Assembly: GCA_963766885.1 (NCBI GenBank)
Contig: CAVYBO010000002.1
Location: 86,097 to 150,096, forward strand
DNA: 64,000 nucleotides
Direction: 5' to 3'
DNA from: an uncultured bacterium
GTDB lineage: Bacteria > Patescibacteriota > Minisyncoccia > Phycocordibacterales > CAIRYW01
The notes below the pieces were generated by a model, which was not told the origin of the DNA, did not search any database, and saw only the letters and a list, made by a program, of their open reading frames with translations. Each line of letters opens with the position of its first letter. Position 1 is the first letter of the stretch. Positions 53,287 through 61,355 of this stretch are shown one piece after another. A program made the position numbers and the translations under genes.

Positions 53287-53326
53287 AAAAAGAAACCGAC
53301 CGCTTGCAAAGGTACAAGCGGTCGGT
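53287..53326 (-). terminator. Intrinsic terminator of the high-GC cassette
   Basis: ACCGACCGCTTG-N8-CAAGCGGTCGGT followed by TTCTTTTT on the minus strand. Confidence 0.88.
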
Positions 53327-53336
53327 GATATGAGTT

Positions 53337-53408
53337 TGAGAATCGCCTGCCCTCAGGCCAGTCGGGTTTTACCCCTTCGGAGAATTTAATCTCCTTTTCA
53401 GATTCTCA
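53337..53408 (-). ncRNA. tRNA-like four-way-junction RNA element
   Basis: GAGAATC/GATTCTC closing stem with three internal hairpins (GGAGA/TCTCC, GGGT/ACCC, GCCTG/CAGGC). Confidence 0.6.
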
Positions 53409-54056
53409 TTTCATACCTGCTTTTAACCCCATGAAGGGTTAACCTGCGGCGTAGTGGCCGCCGGTGGTCTTCGTGTAAATGCCGACGGCGCTCGTCCAGT
53501 GCGATTCATAATTGGCCGGCGCGGTGGTATTTTGCGAGGACGAGGCGTAGCCGTCGATGCAGATCGGCAATCTGAATTGCCAGATGCCGAAGGCATTGTT
53601 GTAGGTAAGCGTGGTCCCGGTGTTGGGCGGCGTCGTCGTCTTCACGAGCATGCGGTCGAAGTGGAACTTCGGCGCTTGGAGCCCGGATTCCGTCGGCGGT
53701 CGCGCGATGGCGCTTTCGAAGGCCTGACCAGTCTCGGAAGTCTGGATGATCCAGACCGCGGGGATGAACCCGCCGTGGTCGTAATAGCTAAACGCCGGCG
53801 GAATGCCGACGTCGGGCGCGGGCGGCGCCGAGGCCGTGATCACATTGGTCTCATTTTTGGTGCCGGCGCCGAGGCCGTGCCAGCAGTAATACGCGGTTGC
53901 AATGATGGCCAAGAAGGCCAAGCGTTTGTTTTTGAGGATTTTCATCCGTTTTTCCTTTCGTTTGTTTGTTGTTGTTTTTGACTCAACCAGTATCCGGAAC
54001 AATCAGTAACGTTGCTTTTTGCCACCTCCTGAGATGGTTATGGGCAGGTATGAAAT
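53408..54056. repeat. Perfect 13-bp inverted repeat bracketing the high-GC ORF
   Basis: ATTTCATACCTGC at 53408-53420 and GCAGGTATGAAAT at 54044-54056. Confidence 0.9.
53439..53945 (-). CDS. Orphan high-GC hypothetical protein with signal/anchor-like N-terminus
   Basis: Strong G/C bias at third codon positions; AAAGGA upstream; basic then hydrophobic N-terminus; 168 aa. Confidence 0.75.
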   Translation of the reverse strand: MKILKNKRLAFLAIIATAYYCWHGLGAGTKNETNVITASAPPAPDVGIPPAFSYYDHGGFIPAVWIIQTSETGQAFESAIARPPTESGLQAPKFHFDRMLVKTTTPPNTGTTLTYNNAFGIWQFRLPICIDGYASSSQNTTAPANYESHWTSAVGIYTKTTGGHYAAG

Positions 54057-54114
54057 TGTTAAAGACCACAAGTTTTATCGTGTCAAATATTAACTCTAAA
54101 TTAAAACTTGTCAA
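54057..54114 (-). promoter_or_regulatory. Sigma70-type promoter and boxA-like element
   Basis: Minus strand TTGACA (54114-09), 16-nt spacer, TAATAT (54092-87); TGGTCTTTAACA (54068-57). Confidence 0.65.
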
Positions 54115-54152
54115 GTGTTTTTCAAAAGTTATCCACAATAGACTTCTTCTTT

Positions 54153-55226
54153 TCAGGTCGCTTTGCTCCCGAAAATAAAGTCGTCCGCAACTGCCTCTAC
54201 TTGGCTGGCATTGTCAGTTTCCATCAATTTTATCCGCAAATCTTTGGCTCCCTCGAATCCATCAACATAAGCTTTAAAATGTTTTTTCATAATTGCAAAA
54301 TTTTTGTAACCAGTAAGTTTTTCCTCAAAAATTTTTGTGTGTTCTACCATAACTTTTAGCTTTTGTTCCACAGGAATGTCTTTTGTCGAGTACGTGCGCC
54401 CGTCTGCTGACGGGCTTCTAGCGTCCGCCGCCAGTCGCGGCTTCCGATCCTCTCCAAAAGACATTCCTTCAAATAGCCACGGGTTGCCGAAAATTCCTCG
54501 GCCAATCATTACTCCATCACAGCCTGTTTCTTCTGCTCTTTTTATTCCCTCTTCAATATTTTTTACATCTCCATTACCAATAATTAAAGTGTCCACTTTC
54601 ATATCATTACGAATCTCAACAGCGCGCTTTATATAATTCCAATTTGCTAGAACTTTAGACATTTCTTTTCTGGTACGAGCATGGATAGTCAGAGCCGCAA
54701 TATTTTCTTCAAGCAGTGCTGGGATCCACTCTTCAATTTCTAATTTATTAAATCCGACCCTAGTCTTCACAGAAATTGGAATTTTATTTTCCACTCCCCG
54801 CTTTGCGGCTTGAATTATTTCTTTGGCAAGTTTTGGATTTTTAATCAAGGCCGCGCCTGCGCATTGCTTTTCAATCGTTTTGTCCGGACAGCCCATATTT
54901 ATATCGAGTCCGTCAAATCCCAAATCTAAAACTATTTTTGCAGCGCCTTCAATGTATTCTGGTCTGCCGCTAAAAATCTGCGCGACGATCGGACGCTCAA
55001 TTTCAGAATATTCCAGATCCTTAAGAAGTTTTTTCTTGCCTTCTTCATTTGCGCGGCAGAGACCGTCTGCAGAAACGAATTCGGTCCACATTACATTTGG
55101 CTTGCCATATTTGGCGATAATTTGACGGAACGCGGCGTCGGTAACATCCGCCATTGGAGCAAGCGCAAAAAAGGGCATGTCTCGCAACAAGCCGGGCTTG
55201 CGTAGATTTTTCCAAAAATTATTCAT
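54153..55226 (-). CDS. tRNA-dihydrouridine synthase
   Basis: LAPMADVTD, DINMGCP, SVKTR, HART, GNGDV, MIGRG. Confidence 0.95.
   Translation of the reverse strand: MNNFWKNLRKPGLLRDMPFFALAPMADVTDAAFRQIIAKYGKPNVMWTEFVSADGLCRANEEGKKKLLKDLEYSEIERPIVAQIFSGRPEYIEGAAKIVLDLGFDGLDINMGCPDKTIEKQCAGAALIKNPKLAKEIIQAAKRGVENKIPISVKTRVGFNKLEIEEWIPALLEENIAALTIHARTRKEMSKVLANWNYIKRAVEIRNDMKVDTLIIGNGDVKNIEEGIKRAEETGCDGVMIGRGIFGNPWLFEGMSFGEDRKPRLAADARSPSADGRTYSTKDIPVEQKLKVMVEHTKIFEEKLTGYKNFAIMKKHFKAYVDGFEGAKDLRIKLMETDNASQVEAVADDFIFGSKAT
54372..54468. mobile_element. In-frame palindromic MITE-like insertion in the dus gene
   Basis: 14-bp terminal inverted repeats AGGAATGTCTTTTG / CAAAAGACATTCCT with internal hairpins. 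Confidence 0.7.
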
Positions 55227-55233
55227 TATATAT

Positions 55234-56385
55234 TTAATTCTGATCTGGATTGCCGGCTAAAGAAAACTTCATATGGTTTTCAATAAATCCAAGCAGAGCT
55301 CCAACATCATTATTTCTGTTGGGGCTTTTTAAAACAATTACCACTATATTTCTCTGTGTCCCACTGATAGAAATGCGATAAAAGGCAACTGCAGTTTCCG
55401 AAGCCGCTTCAGTGTATCCATTTTTCCCGCCAAGAAAAACTTTATACTGCATCAGCTGATTTCCGTTGTACCATATGTGATTTATATTTGCTATTTCATA
55501 CTGTTTTACTTGGGTAATATTGAGAATATTTGGAGTAAAACTCGGATTTTGATCTTCTTTATAGATATATAAAGCAAGTTTTAAAAGATCATTTGCCGTA
55601 GTCAGATTCTCATGAGAGACGCCGCTTGGCTCCACAAATGTTGAGTTTGTCATTCCAATAGACTCTGCTTTCTGATTCATCAATCCAACAAAAGGATCTT
55701 TGCCGTATTTGTAGTTTTCAGCAATAACTTCCGCTGCATTGTTTGAAGATTCCATTAAAAGCGGATACAAAATATCTGAAAGAAGAATGTGTTCATTTGG
55801 TTCAAGAACTTGTTCGGAACCATACACCGAAAGAGCTTTGCTGGTTACCAATAAGTCTTGGTTGAGAGGCATATTTTCTGTTGCAACCAAAGTCGTTAAA
55901 AGTTTTGTTAAAGATGCTGGTGGAAATATTCCATCAGGATCTTTGCTAAGTATTACTTCTCCTGTGTCTGCATCTGCCACCAAATAGGAAATAGCATTGA
56001 CCTTTGGAGATGTGTAGTCGTTATTTTTAAAATAATATTCTGCTGGCGTATCTGATGCCACCGCATTAGCCGGCGGACCATCTGAATCATTTGAGCCTTC
56101 CGTTATTTTTGGAGCACTTTGAACTGGAGTGACGGTTTGTAAGGTGTTTTGCTGACTTTGGTCAGGAGAAAATAAAGACGCCAAAGCGCCTTCCCCGCCA
56201 ACGACAAAACTCATTGCCGAAAAGCCAATAACCAAAGAAGCAATTCCCCAGACAAAAAAAGATTTTAGTCCCTGTCTGTTGTAAGGTGATTCTGATATAA
56301 AAACAACCTTTTCTCCGTGCGGACCGAGATCGATTTTCTTTAAATAAATTGGGTCAATATTGTATTCGTTTCTCCTCTTATCCAT
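55234..56385 (-). CDS. D-Ala-D-Ala carboxypeptidase (peptidase S11)
   Basis: ASLTK (SxxK), SSN (SxN), KNG in place of KTG. Confidence 0.9.
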   Translation of the reverse strand: MDKRRNEYNIDPIYLKKIDLGPHGEKVVFISESPYNRQGLKSFFVWGIASLVIGFSAMSFVVGGEGALASLFSPDQSQQNTLQTVTPVQSAPKITEGSNDSDGPPANAVASDTPAEYYFKNNDYTSPKVNAISYLVADADTGEVILSKDPDGIFPPASLTKLLTTLVATENMPLNQDLLVTSKALSVYGSEQVLEPNEHILLSDILYPLLMESSNNAAEVIAENYKYGKDPFVGLMNQKAESIGMTNSTFVEPSGVSHENLTTANDLLKLALYIYKEDQNPSFTPNILNITQVKQYEIANINHIWYNGNQLMQYKVFLGGKNGYTEAASETAVAFYRISISGTQRNIVVIVLKSPNRNNDVGALLGFIENHMKFSLAGNPDQN

Positions 56386-58759
56386 TTACCTTTAGTCTAA
56401 CAGAATCCCCATCTGTTTCAAAATAAGCTTCCTTTCCTGATTTTAATTTTCCCGATATAAGTGCTTTTGCAATATCTTCTTCAAGATTTTCCTCAATCGC
56501 TCGACGCATAGGACGAGCGCCAAATTTGGGATCGCTGCCGATTTTTACCAGATAATCAAGTATTTTGTCGGATGCGGCAAGTTTTATTGCTTTCTTTTCG
56601 AGTCTGTCTTGAAGCTCTGCAAACATCAGTGAAGCTATTTGCTTTAAATCAATATTTGTCAGCGGATGAAAAAATATAATGCCGTCAAAACGGTTCAAAA
56701 GCTCTGGAGCAAATATCTTTTCTTTGATTATACTGTCAATAATTTTGTCTTTTTCAGAGTAAAGATCTGCTCCAGATTGAACAACATCCCAAATCATTGA
56801 GCTTCCCGCGTTTGATGTTGCAATAAATATTGTGTCCCTAGCATTTATTTTTTTACTTTCTGCGTCCGTAAAAAATCCCTCGTCAAATACCTGAAGAAAT
56901 AAGTTATGAATCTCATATGTCGCCTTTTCAAATTCATCAAGCAAAAGTACTCCGTATGGATGATCGCGAAGCAATGTTGACAAAGATCCCTGTTTTTTAT
57001 TTCCATAGGAACCTATGAGCCGCGCCATAGCATCATTGGCTTGATATTCCGACATGTCAATTCTTGAAAGCTTGGCAGAATCCTTGAACATGACTTCAGC
57101 AAGAGCTTTGGCGGTTTCTGTTTTACCCACTCCAGTCGGACCTAAAAACAGAAATGATCCCATAGGGCGGCTTTGGCTTGAAATTCCCGCGCGGGACCTT
57201 CGGAGTGCCGAAGAGATGGACTTAATCGCCTCGTCTTGGCCAATTATTTTTTTATGCAAAACATTTTCTAAATCAAGCAATTTGTCTTTTTCGTCTGACT
57301 CAGGGTTAAGTGAAGGCACGCCTGTTTTTTCTTCAATGATTTTAAGTACGTCTTTTTCAACCAAAACTCTTCTTTTTTGGGATTTTACATAAGATACTGC
57401 GTCCAGAAGAATTGTTCTGGATTCACCACTCTCGGCATAGCCGCCAAAATGCTTCATCGATTCATTTTTGATAGTAAGCAGCGCAGGAAAAGTTATTAAA
57501 ACACCCTTCTCAGCTTCAACTAAAAAAGCTTCTCTTTTAAGCATTTCTAAATCGGCATCTTCGCCCTCTTCTTCAATTTTTATCACTTCCATCTTATGCG
57601 TCAGACCAGAATACAAATCTCTGTTTTCATCAAAAGTGTTCATGTCCTCTAAGATAACAATACTGACTGATTGGGAAGAAAGAACTGGTTGAAGCATTGA
57701 AATAACATCAATGCCGCCAACTGACTCGGTTTTTATAAAGGAAACAAATCTTGGAAATACCACAACGGTATTTCCTGCAGCGGCGGCTTCAACCAAGGAC
57801 TTAAATAAAATTTCTTCAATTTCCTTTGGCTGCTTGGAGCCTTCTAAAACGGTTTCTGGTTCAATTAAAAATATCTTTTTATAAGAAAGTTCGGAAGAGG
57901 CTTCTCCGTTTCTGATTTTTTCTGCAAGCAAACTCATCACATCAACACCTTCTTCTTCGCTTTGACAAATCAGAATCGCGTTTGCTCCGTAACTTTTTGA
58001 CAACGCCCTTTCAACTCTGGAAACTGCGTTCTGATAAAGCTTTTTAAATCCGTCCAAGCTGCCGGACATTGAATTGTTAAGATTTTTGGCGATCCTTTCC
58101 AATTGATATGCTTCTTTGTCCGACCAATCTTTGCCGATGCCAGGAATCTTTGAAATCTTTTCCAAAGACCAAAATCTCTGCTGATCAACCAATTCTTCTG
58201 TTCTGGAGACAACCCAATTAAAACAGCCAGAAAATTGCTCAGGCGAAATACCACGGGACAAAAGGAAATTTTTTATAGACGGCAGATCAGAAAATTCCTT
58301 TGCTATTTTTTGGTCAGTTATGTCTTCGGGAAGAGACTCGCAAAAGTTTTTTGGTCTGGATTTTATAAAAGATACAACATCTCCTTCAGAAATACCGAGC
58401 CTGAGCATCACCTCGTCTCCAATATCTGAAAAGAAAAATCCTCTGACAGGATCACAGTCCTCAGAGTGGAACAGTATCTGTCCATTTAAAAAGGAAAAGG
58501 GATTTTCATCTTTATATGACTGATTAAAAAGAGAAAAATAAAAGCAATCCAAACCATAGAAAACCAGACTGACTGAGAGCAAAACAAAAAATATTCCCAA
58601 ATACACACCTAACCCGCTAAAAATAAAAACAATTAAAAAGAGAATTTCAAAATATGAAAGAGACTTTATTATTTTTCTTCGGAATTGATGAGAAATCGCA
58701 TCTTCCAAAACCAATGCCGGGTAATAGTTTATTTTGCTTTTTAATATGTTTAGGTTCAT
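56378..58759 (-). CDS. Membrane-anchored ClpA/B-family AAA+ ATPase
   Basis: N-terminal TMs; NBD2 GPTGVGKT, RIDMSEY, LLDEFEKA, PELLNRFD, GARPMRR; NBD1 degenerate. Confidence 0.9.
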   Translation of the reverse strand: MNLNILKSKINYYPALVLEDAISHQFRRKIIKSLSYFEILFLIVFIFSGLGVYLGIFFVLLSVSLVFYGLDCFYFSLFNQSYKDENPFSFLNGQILFHSEDCDPVRGFFFSDIGDEVMLRLGISEGDVVSFIKSRPKNFCESLPEDITDQKIAKEFSDLPSIKNFLLSRGISPEQFSGCFNWVVSRTEELVDQQRFWSLEKISKIPGIGKDWSDKEAYQLERIAKNLNNSMSGSLDGFKKLYQNAVSRVERALSKSYGANAILICQSEEEGVDVMSLLAEKIRNGEASSELSYKKIFLIEPETVLEGSKQPKEIEEILFKSLVEAAAAGNTVVVFPRFVSFIKTESVGGIDVISMLQPVLSSQSVSIVILEDMNTFDENRDLYSGLTHKMEVIKIEEEGEDADLEMLKREAFLVEAEKGVLITFPALLTIKNESMKHFGGYAESGESRTILLDAVSYVKSQKRRVLVEKDVLKIIEEKTGVPSLNPESDEKDKLLDLENVLHKKIIGQDEAIKSISSALRRSRAGISSQSRPMGSFLFLGPTGVGKTETAKALAEVMFKDSAKLSRIDMSEYQANDAMARLIGSYGNKKQGSLSTLLRDHPYGVLLLDEFEKATYEIHNLFLQVFDEGFFTDAESKKINARDTIFIATSNAGSSMIWDVVQSGADLYSEKDKIIDSIIKEKIFAPELLNRFDGIIFFHPLTNIDLKQIASLMFAELQDRLEKKAIKLAASDKILDYLVKIGSDPKFGARPMRRAIEENLEEDIAKALISGKLKSGKEAYFETDGDSVRLKVNG

Positions 58760-59149
58760 TTATTTAATAATTAAATAAAATCCATCAAAAAATAATAATA
58801 CTATGATCAAGGGATAAAATATCCAGATAAAAAAGACTGCGATTACTAGCAGCACTCCAAATACTATTGCAACAATTCCCACAACAACTACACAAAACCG
58901 GATAAGAGCTCCGATAAGCCGCATCAGCATATTTAAGGCTAATACACCTAAAGACTCTGTAATGTTTGTTACCGAAGTGTTTGCATATCTTTCACCAAGA
59001 CCTTTCCAAGGCGCAAAGAAAGTATGGGTCAACAATCTTATTGAAAAAAAATCATACAAGAAAAAAATAAAATTCTTCTCATTTAAAATAAGATCTCTGA
59101 TTGCCTTGGTGTAATGCCACTGAACATACGAAACTGTTAAACTAAACAT
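58760..59149 (-). CDS. Small membrane protein coupled to the Clp-like ATPase gene
   Basis: WHY..FFSI..L..TFFAPWK; TMs; abuts the Clp gene. Confidence 0.8.
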   Translation of the reverse strand: MFSLTVSYVQWHYTKAIRDLILNEKNFIFFLYDFFSIRLLTHTFFAPWKGLGERYANTSVTNITESLGVLALNMLMRLIGALIRFCVVVVGIVAIVFGVLLVIAVFFIWIFYPLIIVLLFFDGFYLIIK

Positions 59150-59192
59150 ATTATAATTATAGCTTTTTTATAACTTACTGCATAAATTACTG

Positions 59193-59999
59193 TTAAGAAT
59201 TGCTGCTGCCTTTGCTTTTTAAAAGCACTTTGTTGCCGAAACGAAGATCAATATATTCTGTGTTGTTTTTGTTAAAGTTTTTAAGATCCGGTGAGGAAAG
59301 CGTCTGTTTTAAATAATAAAGCGATTCATCGGCGCTTTCATCCAAACCCAATTTAAAATACATACCAGACGCATCAGTTAAGTCTGCTTCGTCCTGACTT
59401 ACAGTGAAGCTGGAAATTGAAAAGTTGAGACTTCTTACTCCATTTATAAAATCAAAAACCGTTTGTATATCGTTTGCTGATGCAGACATAAATCCTATCT
59501 TTGGGTTATCACCATTTTGAAAAATAATATAAGCATTGCCCTGAATTTCCGGAGCCGGAGCAAAGGCAAGTCCAGAACCATCAACATAATCACAAAGAGT
59601 TAAATTACACCAGAGAAAAAGCGGCACGCGCTCCGTGAGATTTATATTCAACATACCGGAATTTATTGTGAGTGAAATTGCTTTGACCGATGTTGCCGAA
59701 AGAGTTTTGAATATTTCTTTTTTTGGATAAAAGAAGATGCTGTTTTTTGGAATAAGCCCAAAAAGATATGAACCTTCGAGCTCGTCTGAAATCTTGGACT
59801 GAACAGCTGACAAATCTTCGTACGCAAGCGAAGACACCCTAACATCTTTTATTCGAAACACGTCAAGGCGAAAAAGATAGTAAGATCCAGCAAGCAAGAA
59901 AAGAATAATTAAAATCAATACCAGAAAAAAAAGCCTCCATCCGCCTTTTTTTCTCTCTTTGGCAAAATTAATATTTTTTATTTGTATACGAGACTTCAT
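59193..59999 (-). CDS. FtsQ/DivIB-like cell division protein
   Basis: TM; POTRA-like region; C-terminal YIDLRFGNKV. Confidence 0.8.
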   Translation of the reverse strand: MKSRIQIKNINFAKERKKGGWRLFFLVLILIILFLLAGSYYLFRLDVFRIKDVRVSSLAYEDLSAVQSKISDELEGSYLFGLIPKNSIFFYPKKEIFKTLSATSVKAISLTINSGMLNINLTERVPLFLWCNLTLCDYVDGSGLAFAPAPEIQGNAYIIFQNGDNPKIGFMSASANDIQTVFDFINGVRSLNFSISSFTVSQDEADLTDASGMYFKLGLDESADESLYYLKQTLSSPDLKNFNKNNTEYIDLRFGNKVLLKSKGSSNS

Positions 60000-60007
60000 T
60001 CAAAATT

Positions 60008-61300
60008 TTAAAGTATTGAAAGCTTTTGAATAAAAGTTTTTCCGTACATATATTTTTTGAGCGCTTCAGGAATTTCAACTTCTCCTTTCTCAGTCTGATA
60101 GTTTTCGATAATTGCTATCAAAGCTCTTCCAACAGCAACAATTGTTGCGTCATTCATATGAACATAATCAACTTTGCCATCGGCACGCTTAACACGGGTA
60201 TTAAGGCGACGCGGCTGAAAGCCCGCAATCAAATCAGCACTGTGTGTTTCCCTATATTTATCTTGTCCCGGCATCCACGTCTCAACGTCAATCTGCCTAA
60301 AATCTGGAAATCCCATATCCCCGGAACAAACTGCAACCACTTGGTATGGCAAATTGAGTTTTTGTAAGATGTGTTCCTGAATTGCTATCAGAAAATTCTG
60401 CTCCGCCATCGAATTTTCAGAAAGTGAAAAAACTTCAGCCTCTAATTTATCAAACTGATGTACGCGGATAATTCCTTTTGTGTCTTTACCATAACTCCCC
60501 GCCTCTCTTCTGAAAGCTGTAGAATATCCAACATAGCGAATCGGCAAATCTTTCTCATCAAAAATCTCATCCATATGCATCGGGCCAAGCGTGTGTTCCG
60601 CGCTTCCAACCAGCATCAGATTGTCTTCCGGAAAAATATAATGTTCCTCAGGTGTCAAAAATCTTGCCATTCTGTTTTGAACGGCTGGCTTTACGAAAAC
60701 AGGAGGAATAACAGGAATAAAAGCATCAACATCAATATTTAATCCAACATCAACGGCAATTTTTTGAAGGGTTTCTTTTGAGGTCACGACTCCAAGACAA
60801 AATTGAATTAAGGCAAATTGCATCAGAGCCAAATCTCCTTTTAAATACGCGAATCTTGAAGCGGCCACCTCTGTAGCTGTTTCTGTATCTATAACACCAA
60901 GATCAGCGCCGATTTCAAAATGCTCTTTTGGTTTGAACGAAAACTGTTTTTTTTCTCCCCACTTTCTTATGACTTTGTTTTCTGATTCATCCTTGCCAAT
61001 TGGAGTATCTGGAGAATAAATGTTTGGCACCTTGAGCATCAATGATAAAAATTCTTTATCAATCTCGGTAAATTCCTTTTCTAACTTTTCATGCTCAATT
61101 TTTAGCTTTTGTCCCTCTTCAACATTACGGGTTTTCTGGGCTTCGTTGCGCTTCTGGTTGATGTTATCGAGCTCTGAGCGCAGAGATTTTTTGGATTCGT
61201 ATAAGGCAAGCAGCTTGTCAAAGTCGATTTGACGGTTTTTGTTTTTTGCCGCGTTTTCCACAATTTCCCTGTTTTCTTTTATGAATTTAATATCAAGCAT
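60008..61300 (-). CDS. serS: Serine--tRNA ligase
   Basis: MLDIKFI; FRREAGSYGKDTKGIIRVHQFDKLE; start set at 61300. Confidence 0.97.
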   Translation of the reverse strand: MLDIKFIKENREIVENAAKNKNRQIDFDKLLALYESKKSLRSELDNINQKRNEAQKTRNVEEGQKLKIEHEKLEKEFTEIDKEFLSLMLKVPNIYSPDTPIGKDESENKVIRKWGEKKQFSFKPKEHFEIGADLGVIDTETATEVAASRFAYLKGDLALMQFALIQFCLGVVTSKETLQKIAVDVGLNIDVDAFIPVIPPVFVKPAVQNRMARFLTPEEHYIFPEDNLMLVGSAEHTLGPMHMDEIFDEKDLPIRYVGYSTAFRREAGSYGKDTKGIIRVHQFDKLEAEVFSLSENSMAEQNFLIAIQEHILQKLNLPYQVVAVCSGDMGFPDFRQIDVETWMPGQDKYRETHSADLIAGFQPRRLNTRVKRADGKVDYVHMNDATIVAVGRALIAIIENYQTEKGEVEIPEALKKYMYGKTFIQKLSIL

Positions 61301-61355
61301 AGTAAAATAATAGCACTGTTTTTTAATATTTAAAAAAATTAAAATCAAGATCGGA

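Noticed and set aside
53337-53408. Hammerhead ribozyme or genuine tRNA
   Set aside because: The core reads CTGAAAA and GAAG rather than CUGANGA and GAAA; there is no TTC loop, 7-nt anticodon loop or CCA.
53330-53438. SRP RNA (ffs/scr often precedes dnaX)
   Set aside because: No CAGG..GGAAGGAAGCAG helix-8 motif on either strand.
53454-53981. 175-aa plus-strand ORF
   Set aside because: Antisense shadow of a GC3-biased gene; promoter, SD-like site and terminator all support the minus strand.
53408-54056. IS element with 13-bp terminal repeats
   Set aside because: The ORF has no transposase motifs and I see no target-site duplication; the repeat abuts boxA and the cloverleaf exactly. Not fully excluded.
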